From IMG/VR virus record IMGVR_UViG_3300015261_000001, positions 62,001-126,000 of that record: a stretch of DNA of 64,000 nucleotides; one strand, given 5' to 3'. Of this stretch, positions 30,080 to 40,087 are shown piece after piece; positions within the stretch are counted from its first letter, which is position 1, and each line of letters begins with the position of its first letter. Both the position numbers and the translations under genes were made by a program. The notes beneath the pieces are model-generated. The model was not told the origin of the DNA and did no database searches. It saw nothing but the letters and a program-made list of their open reading frames with translations.

Positions 30080-30874
30080 TTAAAGCATCTTCAATAAGCC
30101 TGCTTTATCCACCCCCTGAGGCAAACTGCCAATGTTCGACCGCACACGACTCATGGTAGTAGCCGACGTCCAACCGTTGTCCAGCGCGAGCTTTTTGACC
30201 AACGCTTTGATCCCTTGTGACGACGAAAAGAAGTCAGTCGACTTATCACCAAAGACCTGAATGGTGAGTTTGTTAAACGGCATGTAAAACAGTTCCTCAC
30301 CTCCTGTCAATTTGGTGTACCACTGGGTGAAGGGTTTAAGCTTCCCTGTGTAGGATTCTAGCAATGTAAGACGCGCTACCGCATCCACCATAACAAGGTC
30401 GACAACATGATGTGTCAATACAATACCCTTGCCTTTGAATGCCGGCATGCCAATATCCGTCTTCTGGATCAGCTTTTCGTACTTGTCGTAGAGTTTCTGT
30501 GCGGCACCCTTTGAGACTTTATCGTAACGTTTTTGGTTATCCGTCTTTGGCTCTTTCAGAGACGCAAGCGGGAACCGAAGCTTGAGCGAGAAGTAGGTTG
30601 GGTAGTACACGATCATCTGGATGGGTTTGGTCTGACGAGCCTTCTCCATCCAAGCGCCCATGATTTTGAGGTCGGCTACCACGTCTTCCACTAACTGGTC
30701 AGCGGTCAGCTTTTCTTTCTCTTCCTTGGTTTCGTAAGCGTCGTGTGCGTTACGGATCAAGGTATAGATGTTGAACAACGCCACATCAGACATACGGATC
30801 TGGCTAGCGGCGTCGCTTTGTTCGATGGCCATGGATGTCCCAAGTGACATCCCTAAAGCACCAGTACTTCTCAT
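30080..30874 (-). CDS. Conserved protein (phiKZ gp66 position), possibly degenerate PIN/FEN-like fold
   Basis: 264 aa, ATGA-coupled to the SbcD-like gene. Confidence 0.55.
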   Translation of the reverse strand: MRSTGALGMSLGTSMAIEQSDAASQIRMSDVALFNIYTLIRNAHDAYETKEEKEKLTADQLVEDVVADLKIMGAWMEKARQTKPIQMIVYYPTYFSLKLRFPLASLKEPKTDNQKRYDKVSKGAAQKLYDKYEKLIQKTDIGMPAFKGKGIVLTHHVVDLVMVDAVARLTLLESYTGKLKPFTQWYTKLTGGEELFYMPFNKLTIQVFGDKSTDFFSSSQGIKALVKKLALDNGWTSATTMSRVRSNIGSLPQGVDKAGLLKML

Positions 30875-31986
30875 TTGAATTCCTCCAGCAGGGCAAGCGC
30901 TTCTTCTTCTGAGATACCTAAACCTTTAAACGTGTCAGCCATCTCAGGCCAGAGGGTTGCGATTAAGTTATCCTTGGTGATTGACACGCCTTCGTAGGTA
31001 TGTTCATCAAAGAGTTCTTCGCCCACCAATTCTCCATCCGCTTTAAGGTTCTTCGTCTTAAAGCCGAGGTGTGGGTATTCCTTTTCGAACACCGAGATAA
31101 TCGGGTTAACAACTTCGCCGGGTCCATTCGCTACGCGCACTTGTGCAAAGTGGGGCAGTCTCTTTTCCCGGATAAACTTGTGCAGATCCAGCACCAGTTG
31201 TTCTGGTGTGATATCTGGCTTAACCTTCAAGGTCACATAAGGGAGAGCTTTCTTATTCTCCCAGAAAGAAGCCTTAAAGGTTTTCTTCTTCTGATCCAGA
31301 TCCACCACGTAGGCGCCTTTGGGATGTTCTTCACCATGAGCGATACGGTCAAACGAACCTGAACTGTGAACCAGTCCTTCTACCGAAGGGATGTGAATGT
31401 GACCCGAAAGGATCAGGTAGTTGCAGATCGACTCCCAACGCGCCCGATCATGCTTTTTGTGCATTACGTGGCCAGGCAGTTGGTGATCCCAAGTACCGTG
31501 AAAAGCAATAACGTCTACCTTCGTCAACTTGTGTTCATTCAACACAGTCAACGCTTTCTCCCAGACTTCATCAGGCGTCATTGCACCCATGTTGTCTGGA
31601 ACACACAACACTGTCAAACCGTCCAGCTGCGGATAATGCTGGATCGACAGTGTGTCTACATAACGGAAGTCCATGTCAACTGGAGCGACCGTTTCCAAGT
31701 GCTTAGGTTGCCCCCAGTCATGGGATGATGTCCCTTCAAGATACAGGACGGCAACCTTGTGTTTATGGCACTCGTTGAGGAACCCACTGTTCCATTCCTT
31801 GACTCTAAAGAGATCAGGGTGGTTGGAATCGACCAAGCGGTCCATGAGGTCCCCACCTTTAATGACCAATCCCACTTTTGAGAGATCATGGTCCTTATAG
31901 TAGAACGTAGACAAATTCCCCAGAATGTGAAACGTGGGGGTTGTCTGGTGTAACGTGTGGTGGTCGGAACTCCACAGAATCCGCAT
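30871..31986 (-). CDS. sbcD: SbcD/Mre11-like metallophosphoesterase nuclease
   Basis: SDHH, GGDLMD, EGTSSHD, FHG, GHIH and SGS motifs. Confidence 0.9.
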   Translation of the reverse strand: MRILWSSDHHTLHQTTPTFHILGNLSTFYYKDHDLSKVGLVIKGGDLMDRLVDSNHPDLFRVKEWNSGFLNECHKHKVAVLYLEGTSSHDWGQPKHLETVAPVDMDFRYVDTLSIQHYPQLDGLTVLCVPDNMGAMTPDEVWEKALTVLNEHKLTKVDVIAFHGTWDHQLPGHVMHKKHDRARWESICNYLILSGHIHIPSVEGLVHSSGSFDRIAHGEEHPKGAYVVDLDQKKKTFKASFWENKKALPYVTLKVKPDITPEQLVLDLHKFIREKRLPHFAQVRVANGPGEVVNPIISVFEKEYPHLGFKTKNLKADGELVGEELFDEHTYEGVSITKDNLIATLWPEMADTFKGLGISEEEALALLEEFK

Positions 31987-32020
31987 CGGTAACTTTCCCC
32001 TTTACCCTAATCCTAAAAAA

Positions 32021-32830
32021 TCAGCACTCCAATGGATCGTCCGACACTGCTGGCTTCTGTGCGCCTTGAGCAGTTGTGGTTGCCGGAGCTGCCTCCACTT
32101 TACCTTCGATGATGAACTCGCCGAGGCTCAGTTGGTGGATGAAACGGTACTCTTCTTGCGTGACTGGTTCGCCCTTGTGGTCGCGGTACAGGATAGGACG
32201 AGCTTTGGTCAGTTCTTCTTCCGACGTATCTTTGCCCTTACGGATGATATCGCGGATGTAGTAGATCTTCTGTTCTACTTCCGGGATGATGCCGTACTTG
32301 GCGAAGAACGCTGGGTTGATCAGGTCAGTCATGGTCAGCGGCTTGGCTTTCAGGCCGACTTCCGGGTCTTTCAGGACTTGAGCCACTTCCATGTTGGCGT
32401 TGAGGTTGTTCGCCTTCATGGAGTCCTTGCTGTTGACGTAGATCACTACGGCAGCTTTACGCAACAGTTCCCGGTCTTCGTCGGTCAGGCTGTGCGAGAT
32501 CAGCGGCGGAACCAACAGCGAAGGCTCTACCTTGCCGGTATCTTCGTTACGCTTTACCACCAGTACAGCACGAGTGCCGTTGAAGGTGAACTCGAACCAC
32601 TGCTTCATCGGGAAGTAGTTCTTGCCGAGAGCGTTGCCCAGAGCAAACGGGAGCAGCCACTTCTTGACGAACTCAGGTTCTTCAATGATGTGGCTTACGT
32701 TGATCGGCAGGTCTGCTGCTTCTTCCCCGAGCATCAGCTTGCCGTCAACTTCATGAACCTTCAGTTGGTCGAGCCAGCCGAGGTCTTCCTTGATCATCAT
32801 GTCTCGTACTTCAGCGGTCATATGACTCAT
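32021..32830 (-). CDS. Hypothetical protein
   Basis: 269 aa, strong codon bias, ATGA overlap with the upstream gene. Confidence 0.7.
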   Translation of the reverse strand: MSHMTAEVRDMMIKEDLGWLDQLKVHEVDGKLMLGEEAADLPINVSHIIEEPEFVKKWLLPFALGNALGKNYFPMKQWFEFTFNGTRAVLVVKRNEDTGKVEPSLLVPPLISHSLTDEDRELLRKAAVVIYVNSKDSMKANNLNANMEVAQVLKDPEVGLKAKPLTMTDLINPAFFAKYGIIPEVEQKIYYIRDIIRKGKDTSEEELTKARPILYRDHKGEPVTQEEYRFIHQLSLGEFIIEGKVEAAPATTTAQGAQKPAVSDDPLEC

Positions 32831-33234
32831 TTCTTCAATCGCTCCGTGTCTAGCACTTTATAAAGTTCACCTGTTACCAGGATTGTTTGCGCAAGGTCAT
32901 ACTTGACTCCGTCCACTACAACGCGTGAAGCCAAAATGAGCCTGTAATTGTTTGTCTCTCCAGTAACATTTTGTCGAGAGACGTCAACGATAACGTCATC
33001 GAACTGTTCCTCCATGTACGCTTTGAACTTATCGCGCATCTGAGAAACCATTTGTTCCGGGTTGCTGGAGTAGTCTTTGAACAACATGTAGAAATTAGGA
33101 ACGTCCCCCAGAATCTTTCCCTGATTCTGTCGCCCAGTAAACCAATAGGTCACGTGTAGCGAAATAGCAGCTTCGACCGATTGGGTTTCCCAACCAGAAC
33201 TTGTATCCATGGTCCCTATACAGAAACGACCCAT
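32827..33234 (-). CDS. Hypothetical protein
   Basis: 135 aa, SD GAGGA. Confidence 0.7.
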   Translation of the reverse strand: MGRFCIGTMDTSSGWETQSVEAAISLHVTYWFTGRQNQGKILGDVPNFYMLFKDYSSNPEQMVSQMRDKFKAYMEEQFDDVIVDVSRQNVTGETNNYRLILASRVVVDGVKYDLAQTILVTGELYKVLDTERLKK

Positions 33235-33335
33235 GCGACTATCCTCTTTGAAAGAAAAAACCCTCTATATAAAGTCAAAAAAAAAATAACCAAGTAGGGT
33301 GTTACCCCCACCTGGCTATATGATACGGACGTCGG

Positions 33336-33986
33336 TTAATCTTCAGGCGGTTCTACAACCGGCTCGACATACGACTTCACTCGTTCACCGCGTTCGCTGG
33401 TAAGGTCGAATGTAGTGCTCAGACGATGATGGTCGATTGCTCGCCAAGTCTTCTGAATGTCTACCCGTTCACGGAATGGCAACTTGCCACCCAGTGTGTC
33501 GTTGTACTGCGTGTGGCGAAGCTGCGCTTTCTCTTCTACCACTGTCAGGTTCAGCAAACCGTTCATAGCGCGGCGATAGAACAAGTTGTCCTCGGCGACG
33601 CCTGTACAGAAATGGCTGAACTCGCCACCGTAGCCGCTGATCTCTTCAGCAAGGTAATCTCGCATCAGGTCAGGGTGAGCCATGATGTAATCCCGCATGT
33701 AGCCCTCGGCGCCTTGCAGAGCTTGAATGCTCCCCAAGTAACCAACAGCATAACGCGACACGAACTCACCATCTTCGTTACCCAGGAGACGCTTACTCAT
33801 TTCCCATGCACGTGAGTTGAGGAAGTTGTCAAAGTTCTCCAAGGTCTTTGTAGCTTGCTGACCCAACCAACCACCGGCATTTTGCAGCATAGCGGTTGTG
33901 TTGTTTACGTACTCGGCGTATTTGTTAATTGCCTCATCCGTGAAACTACCTGAGATCGCATAACTGAACGCATTTGCACTGTTCAT
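33336..33986 (-). CDS. Hypothetical protein downstream of nvRNAP beta' N-terminal subunit
   Basis: 216 aa, SD AGGAGG. Confidence 0.75.
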   Translation of the reverse strand: MNSANAFSYAISGSFTDEAINKYAEYVNNTTAMLQNAGGWLGQQATKTLENFDNFLNSRAWEMSKRLLGNEDGEFVSRYAVGYLGSIQALQGAEGYMRDYIMAHPDLMRDYLAEEISGYGGEFSHFCTGVAEDNLFYRRAMNGLLNLTVVEEKAQLRHTQYNDTLGGKLPFRERVDIQKTWRAIDHHRLSTTFDLTSERGERVKSYVEPVVEPPED

Positions 33987-34004
33987 ATGCTTGGTCCTCC
34001 TTAA

Positions 34005-35627
34005 TTAGCTCACCAGTGGTGTTTGCATGAGCAATGTGTTCAGGTTCATCAAGTTAGTCGCTGTTTGACCGGCGTACTTGCTGACCTTGAATGGGGTGTT
34101 CTTGTCCAGCGTCTGGTGATGACCGAAGCTGCCATACGACTTGGCCTTGGACTCGTTGTCGAGCAAGAACAGTACGTACATTTGGTCACCGTCGAAGTCG
34201 GCGTTGTATTCACCCACACTCAAAATCGAGATCTTGATACTTTCGTCTTCGAGATCACGATTCACTTTCAAGAAGTTGCCACGTCGACTCAAGTACTCAA
34301 TCGACGGGTTACGACCAGCTTGAACAATACACTTACGGTTTACTTCAACATCTCTGAAGAATGCGTCGATCTCAGGTACGATCTCGTACGCTGCTCTCGC
34401 AATCATCTTCCGTGCACCGATCGGGGTAAACCCTAAGCGGTACAGATAGCTGGTGATTGGAATCTCCAGGATGGTAACCGTCATCTTCCACGGCATGATG
34501 ATCTCGTCACCATGGATGATACCGGTTTGTGAAGTAATTACCGAACGACCCGTGAATGGAACTGGGCCGGCGCAGACGTGCTTACGGTTGATACCGGGTT
34601 TGTTGAACAACGCTTTCGGGTTGTTGACCATGCGGAACTGGTCTGCCAACGCCACCAGGTTTTTGCCGGTGATGTCGATGTTCTTTTGCAGATCACGTTT
34701 AGTCATTTTGTAACAACTATTCGATTTCTGCGTATCGGCGATGGCGTGGTACAACTTTGCCGTTTCTGGATGGTGCTGGTAGGACAGAACTTCTTTGCCA
34801 GTCTTTTCCAACACTGTACAGTAACGACTTGGAACTTTCATGTAATCGCAGAAAGCCAAATGCTTGTAGCTGTAATAGAAGTCCAGGATCTGCTGGCCCT
34901 CATTACGGTATTTCGTCCAGCGAGCACCATTGCCAATCAGCAGGTACTCCATGATCCGGTCACAGTTGTCGTAGAACGAGTTCAGGTTGATCTCGTCGAT
35001 ATTGAGTTCTGTGAGCATCTGAGTCATGGCCATATTGGAACCATTGCGGTTCTTTTTCTGGGTGGCTCGGTATGCAGGGTCAATGAAGTAACGGGCTACA
35101 CCAATCTTGGGACTGGGGTTGCCGATGGTGATGTTGTTGAAGAATGTGGAGAAGAAGCCGAGGTTGACAAACTTCTTCACGCCTTCGGGACAGCGCAACC
35201 AAATACGAGTGTCTTCGCCTTGGTCGAGGAACACTTCCGCTTTTGTACCACAACGCGGACATTCACGATCACTACCTTGAAGGTAGTTGCCTTTCATATG
35301 ACCACATTGACACTTGGCTACCGTATCGAAGGAATTGCCTTCAAACTCCATACGGGTCAAACGACTGAGTGCTTCGCGATCTTCTTCGAGGTTAAAGTCG
35401 AAGTCATTCAGGTACGCATGTTTCAGACGACTGACGTCGTGCAGGTAGTTGTAATCTTCGAAGTCGGGGTACAAGGGTTGCGAGAATGCTGGGTCGTCTT
35501 CGAGCGAATATGGGAGGTTTGAAGCATACCCCATAAACCACTTCATCGGATCCAGAGCTTCCTCGCTGTACTTTGTCAGCGCGTTCACGGCCAACAAGTT
35601 ACTCGGAGTTAATTCTGGGAATAGCAT
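34005..35627 (-). CDS. Non-virion RNAP beta'-like N-terminal catalytic subunit (phiKZ gp55-like), uninterrupted
   Basis: Catalytic YNADFDGDQM, GRSVI, GRNPSI, and N-terminal CQC..CPRC Zn ribbon. Likely start ATG 35627 with SD GGAG. Confidence 0.95.
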   Translation of the reverse strand: MLFPELTPSNLLAVNALTKYSEEALDPMKWFMGYASNLPYSLEDDPAFSQPLYPDFEDYNYLHDVSRLKHAYLNDFDFNLEEDREALSRLTRMEFEGNSFDTVAKCQCGHMKGNYLQGSDRECPRCGTKAEVFLDQGEDTRIWLRCPEGVKKFVNLGFFSTFFNNITIGNPSPKIGVARYFIDPAYRATQKKNRNGSNMAMTQMLTELNIDEINLNSFYDNCDRIMEYLLIGNGARWTKYRNEGQQILDFYYSYKHLAFCDYMKVPSRYCTVLEKTGKEVLSYQHHPETAKLYHAIADTQKSNSCYKMTKRDLQKNIDITGKNLVALADQFRMVNNPKALFNKPGINRKHVCAGPVPFTGRSVITSQTGIIHGDEIIMPWKMTVTILEIPITSYLYRLGFTPIGARKMIARAAYEIVPEIDAFFRDVEVNRKCIVQAGRNPSIEYLSRRGNFLKVNRDLEDESIKISILSVGEYNADFDGDQMYVLFLLDNESKAKSYGSFGHHQTLDKNTPFKVSKYAGQTATNLMNLNTLLMQTPLVS

Positions 35628-35654
35628 TAAAAGAAACTCCAAAAAATACAAAAG

Positions 35655-35691
35655 GGGCATAAAGGTTAGGGAGCCCGAAGACTCCCTAACC
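35655..35691 (-). terminator. Hairpin after chimallin, followed by TTTATGCC
   Basis: GGTTAGGGAGTC-TTCG-GGCTCCCTAACC-TTTATGCC on the minus strand. Confidence 0.8.
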
Positions 35692-35716
35692 CCTATTCCG
35701 TTACAACTTCTACAGC

Positions 35717-37720
35717 TTAGCCGAAAGCGACGCCGCTGCCGAACACACCCATTGCGTTCAGGTTGTTCATGTTGTTGCTGCCCACAGAAGCGTGGGTGGC
35801 CAGGCCGGCACCTGGAGCGTAAACCAGTTGGTTCGGACGGAAGCTGGCGATGGTGTTGGCCACGTTCAGAGTACCGATCGAATCCAGGGTTTCGCCGATC
35901 AGAGCCATCAGGTTTGGATCCCAGACGCACGACTGAGCGAAGCTGTTGATATGGACGTTACCGTCGAAGATCGACTGGTTCAGTTCCATACGCAGTTTCT
36001 GGCAGCGCGCCTTGAAGTCTTCCTGAGTTTGGCCGTACTGGATGGACAGGTAGTTCATGATGGACTGTTGGCCACCTTTACCCTTGACGTGACCGAGCAG
36101 CATCTCGTCGACTTCCAGCGTGTTCAGCTCTTTGTTGCCGAGCTTGGCCAGGCCGTTGACCACGATCATCTGCGTGCGGTGCAGCGCAGGCTTGTCGATG
36201 GTCCAACCGGTGTTGTTGTTGATGTTGCGTTGCAGCAGTTCCGAGAACTTGTTGCCGGACATTGCGTCCAGGACCGCGACCATGGTGCGAATTTCTTCGG
36301 TGCGGTTCTTCGACGACAGGTTCAGCAGGAAGTTGTTCACCGACGCATCAGGACCGTTGGTCACGATGTTGGTACGGAAGGTTGCGTGCTGGCTGACGTT
36401 CTGACGGATCCACTGGTTCACCAGATCGGTGTCAGTGATGGTCTTGTCGTTCAGCTGCGGACGCTGACCCATGAACACGCCTTGCAGCAGGCTGTCGATG
36501 CGCGGCTCCAGAGCGCTCAGGTTGCCACGGCTACCAACGCTCAGCTTACGCAGAGCTTCGGTGAACACGTAGTCGGTGTTGGTCGACATCAGCAGGTACA
36601 GACCGAAGAAGTACGGGAACAGACCCTGGTTGTAGTTCATCATCTCGCCAGCGATAGCCGATTCGATGGTGATCACAGGGTGCAGTGGACGGTAACCGTT
36701 CGGGTACAGACCGCCGTTCATGCCCAGGAACGCCTGGATTGCATCGGTTTGTTGCAGGTTGCCACGCGACGCAGCCAGGTTGGCCATGTGCGCTTGGTAG
36801 GTGATACCGGACAGCTGCACGGTAGCGGTAACGCGGCAGATCTCTTTCGAGTTCGCCTGCACCGACGCCGGGTTGTTGATGTTGTTGATGGTGGAAGCCA
36901 CTACTTCCATGTTGGCCGGAGACAGGGTGCCTGCCTTGGTCACACGGTCCTGGATGGCGCTGACGCGAGCTTCGGCGTAACCGTCTTTACCGAAAGGTTG
37001 CTTCGGATCTTTGAACGGCGACGGCAGAGCCATGTCGGCGGCAGGCAGGTCGTGAGTGATCTTCACCAGAACTGCGGTTTCCCACTGACCGGCCAGGTAG
37101 TTGGCCAGACGCGCAACGCGGTCTTTCGGATCGCCCGCTTCCGGGTGGTTCAGCATTTCCAGGTCGACGACGGTCATGTTGACGATCGCGACTTGTTTCA
37201 GGCCTTGTTGCTCGGCCAGCGCCATGAAGTGCTTGCGCAGGTTTTCGATGACGAACTTGTCAGCGTAGCTGGTTGGTACCAGCGGGATGCTGATCTGAGT
37301 GGCGCCCATGCCGCCGACGTTGTTGATGCGGATCGGCTCGGAGCTGATGGTCAGCTCTTTGTTGGAGAACAGCACGCCCATTACCCAGAAGGTGTTGTTG
37401 ACCAGCTTGTACAGAACCAGACCAGGCAGGATGCCGGAGATGGTGGTGGTCATCAGGTCGATGTCCGGCAGGATCGCGAGTTGCGCCTGAGGAGTAGTCG
37501 AGCCCGACAGTTGTTTGTAGTTCTTCTTCATGGCTTCTGCAACTTCGCCGACCTCGATGAGGTTGCGGTTGTCAGCAGTCATGGAAGTGGTTGCGAACAG
37601 AGATGCCAGGCCGGCGATGTCTTGATGACCTGCGAGGGAGCCGTTCTCGGCAGCTTCGTTCGAGTTGTCCCAGTTAGTGCCAGTAGTTTTGCCGGCGGCT
37701 GCGCCACGTTTTACAGTCAT
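35717..37720 (-). CDS. chmA: Chimallin, phage nuclear shell protein (phiKZ gp54-like)
   Basis: 667 aa, immediately upstream of the gp55-like gene, extreme high-expression codon bias, early promoter, flexible N- and C-terminal tails. Confidence 0.85.
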   Translation of the reverse strand: MTVKRGAAAGKTTGTNWDNSNEAAENGSLAGHQDIAGLASLFATTSMTADNRNLIEVGEVAEAMKKNYKQLSGSTTPQAQLAILPDIDLMTTTISGILPGLVLYKLVNNTFWVMGVLFSNKELTISSEPIRINNVGGMGATQISIPLVPTSYADKFVIENLRKHFMALAEQQGLKQVAIVNMTVVDLEMLNHPEAGDPKDRVARLANYLAGQWETAVLVKITHDLPAADMALPSPFKDPKQPFGKDGYAEARVSAIQDRVTKAGTLSPANMEVVASTINNINNPASVQANSKEICRVTATVQLSGITYQAHMANLAASRGNLQQTDAIQAFLGMNGGLYPNGYRPLHPVITIESAIAGEMMNYNQGLFPYFFGLYLLMSTNTDYVFTEALRKLSVGSRGNLSALEPRIDSLLQGVFMGQRPQLNDKTITDTDLVNQWIRQNVSQHATFRTNIVTNGPDASVNNFLLNLSSKNRTEEIRTMVAVLDAMSGNKFSELLQRNINNNTGWTIDKPALHRTQMIVVNGLAKLGNKELNTLEVDEMLLGHVKGKGGQQSIMNYLSIQYGQTQEDFKARCQKLRMELNQSIFDGNVHINSFAQSCVWDPNLMALIGETLDSIGTLNVANTIASFRPNQLVYAPGAGLATHASVGSNNMNNLNAMGVFGSGVAFG

Positions 37721-37813
37721 GATTGAACTCCATCGTTCTTAAGAAATTTGTTTTGCTAGCAGAATCGCTTGGTGTTTGCCTACACACAATTATCCTTCTG
37801 GCGATTCATTACG

Positions 37814-37830
37814 GTGATATAGGGTTGAAA
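37814..37830 (-). promoter_or_regulatory. Early promoter motif
   Basis: TTTCAACCCTATATCAC upstream of chimallin. Confidence 0.75.
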
Positions 37831-37989
37831 TATTTTAGCCCCAGTCGCGATGAGAGTAAAATACCCCGTGATGCTATAGCAGCTTCAATAAACCCTTACC
37901 ATTTTTGAAATCGCACTCCGGTTTCTCCAGGATTTCTCCCGGAGTCATTAGTGTGCTATATAATGACGACAAAATGAGAAAACACTGTT

Positions 37990-39093
37990 ATGAGAACATT
38001 GTCCTTTCCTAAGCCGTCTAATACGGTGTATCCCCGGTTACAGTTTACCGATCTGAACAACATGCGTCGTCAGACTGAGTTCAACCGCAAGGCATTCGTC
38101 AACTGGGTGCGTGATCAACCTTTTAACGTTGAGAACGAACACCTGCTGGTAGGATTGCTTCAGCAGTTAAGCATCAATGCTGAATGGGATTTGGACTACG
38201 TGGTTGGTTACACTCGCTTCCGAGCGTATTCATTGTGCACCATGTTTAAAATTACTTCCCTCCATCACGTTGGTGAAGCGACGACTCAAGGTTTCTACCG
38301 GAACAACACCCGCGAGCACTGGTGCCTCATTGAGAACACCAAGGAATACCGCATGGGTGAAGTGAGCCTGAATTCCCTGCGACCTGTTGTACCACTCTGC
38401 TCGACAGTTGTCCAGCATGGCTATTCCCACTACCTGACCCGCAGCGATCGCAGCAGCAACGCCATCGGACACCTTGCAGTGATCGGTGTTGACTTGGTTG
38501 AGCTGGCGGTGGGTTGGTGGATGTATCAACGTTTAAACCGTGAGCGCGACACCGGTCCAGGTGCTTACGTTGCCCAGTATCCGTTCGTACAGGCTCAGCT
38601 GATTCACAACCAGTTGACCGTAATCAATATGCTGTATGAGCATGTGATCGACGGTATTCCTCTCGATGTACTGATTACTGCTGACAAGGTGGTGTTCACT
38701 ACGGTGAGCGAGCAGAAGTATTACAAAAAGCTGCTGGAGTTCTTGGTGGGGTATTACTCCAGCCATCGACTACAGAACTTCGAACACTTCCTCAGCGCGA
38801 TCGACAGCATCTATAAAGAAGAGTACTTCAACTACGTTCAAGCTGGTAAGAACGGGTTGTTTGCTCAAACCATGTGGATCTGGGAACCAGCGATCCTGAA
38901 ACTGTATTCGATCTACTTGACCTTCTGTAATCAACAGAAGCATAAGGTCAGTGATATCAGTACTGTGATTGTTCGAACTGAATCGGAGCGCCTACAGAAC
39001 TTCCGCAAGGTGCCGGAGAGTTACTTCAAGGGTTGGTTCATCGAGTTGTCCGACCAAGTGTCTCAGTTGAACAAAGAAAATTTTGCACTATAA
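37990..39093 (+). CDS. Conserved hypothetical protein divergent from chimallin (phiKZ gp52 position)
   Basis: 367 aa. Assigned by synteny. Confidence 0.65.
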   Translation: MRTLSFPKPSNTVYPRLQFTDLNNMRRQTEFNRKAFVNWVRDQPFNVENEHLLVGLLQQLSINAEWDLDYVVGYTRFRAYSLCTMFKITSLHHVGEATTQGFYRNNTREHWCLIENTKEYRMGEVSLNSLRPVVPLCSTVVQHGYSHYLTRSDRSSNAIGHLAVIGVDLVELAVGWWMYQRLNRERDTGPGAYVAQYPFVQAQLIHNQLTVINMLYEHVIDGIPLDVLITADKVVFTTVSEQKYYKKLLEFLVGYYSSHRLQNFEHFLSAIDSIYKEEYFNYVQAGKNGLFAQTMWIWEPAILKLYSIYLTFCNQQKHKVSDISTVIVRTESERLQNFRKVPESYFKGWFIELSDQVSQLNKENFAL

Positions 39094-39096
39094 AGG

Positions 39097-39126
39097 CTAG
39101 AGTACGGGCTCACGCCCGTACTCTAG
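39097..39126. terminator. Hairpin between convergent genes
   Basis: CTAGAGTACGGGC-TCAC-GCCCGTACTCTAG. Confidence 0.85.
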
Positions 39127-39137
39127 TATGACCGCTA

Positions 39138-39782
39138 TCAGTTGAAAATCACCTGACCAAGCAAACCACCTACCCATGCGAGGTCTTCACATTTTTCGGT
39201 ATAGAACAGGTGAGTGGTTTTTACGCCGGGAGGAAAAGCAATGAACGCTTCTTTTTCCACCGTCAAGGAGTCGACGTCCAGAAGACTGAACTTACTGAAC
39301 GTATCGGCTTTACTGACATAATCGGGATCCGCAGCAATCTTGATTCCCGATTCTTCATGGATCATGAAGACGTAGCCACTGTTTTTCTCGATGACTATTG
39401 TCTTGTCTTCAGGCGCCTCATCCTTCTTGATCCCGTAAATGTGGTTGAAGAAATCGTGTGTCACGACGATATCCGGTACTTCAAGACACGGGCAGCTGTT
39501 AATGAAGTTCAGCAGGTTTTGCATTTGTCCCGGACAAGTCGGGTGGAACACAAACTCGCTGAAGTTAAACCGTGTAACGATCTTGAAGTCTTCCAGCACC
39601 GTCAAATGGTTCGGGTGATGGAGTTCGTCGCAATCTTTGCGGTCTGGGAACGCCACACAGTCTGGCAAGTAACCCTCTGGATGGTTGCCAACTACCGCAA
39701 ACTCCAACCGAGTAGGTACGTGCAGAAAAAGATGCACACCTTTGCTCGGTTCATGCATGAGCGTTTTCTTTAGGTTACGCAT
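39138..39782 (-). CDS. Hypothetical protein
   Basis: ~214 aa, SD GAGG before ATG 39782. Confidence 0.65.
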   Translation of the reverse strand: MRNLKKTLMHEPSKGVHLFLHVPTRLEFAVVGNHPEGYLPDCVAFPDRKDCDELHHPNHLTVLEDFKIVTRFNFSEFVFHPTCPGQMQNLLNFINSCPCLEVPDIVVTHDFFNHIYGIKKDEAPEDKTIVIEKNSGYVFMIHEESGIKIAADPDYVSKADTFSKFSLLDVDSLTVEKEAFIAFPPGVKTTHLFYTEKCEDLAWVGGLLGQVIFN

Positions 39783-40080
39783 GGTTACCCTCACTCGTGT
39801 CGTTGATACCTTGAGAGAAGTCAGGATTAGGCATCACGTAACCGTCCGTAGGGATGTAGCCGCCGAACTTGCGATCAACGGCTACAGACTCTTCGTTCAG
39901 TCTGTTAATGGTCTCCATGTTCTTCTTGAACTCCGGGGTGTTGGGCGCGTCGCGACCAAATGCGTTGTATAACGCATTATTCTCCGATGCCAACCGGGCG
40001 ATCACTTTGCCGTTAGCAACAACCCGGTGGTAAGCCTGAATGACTTCAAGCCATTTTTCTTTGGGTACTGTTAATGCCAT
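39775..40080 (-). CDS. Hypothetical protein
   Basis: 101 aa, SD GAGGT. Confidence 0.65.
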   Translation of the reverse strand: MALTVPKEKWLEVIQAYHRVVANGKVIARLASENNALYNAFGRDAPNTPEFKKNMETINRLNEESVAVDRKFGGYIPTDGYVMPNPDFSQGINDTSEGNHA

Positions 40081-40087
40081 GCCTACC

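Noticed and set aside
21917-35627. Introns or inteins in nvRNAP subunits, as in some relatives
   Set aside because: The ORFs are continuous, of expected length, and show no intein blocks.
35628-35930. 101-aa N-terminal extension of the beta' subunit in the ORF track, suggesting a chimallin-RNAP overlap
   Set aside because: It crosses the chimallin 3' end and its terminator. ATG 35627 has a good SD.
35792-37726. Long antisense ORFs (also 3549-4700, 8339-9379, 26179-27651, 54572-56317, 59775-62066 and others)
   Set aside because: They mirror strongly codon-biased sense genes, have no recognisable motifs or RBS, and are best explained as shadow ORFs.
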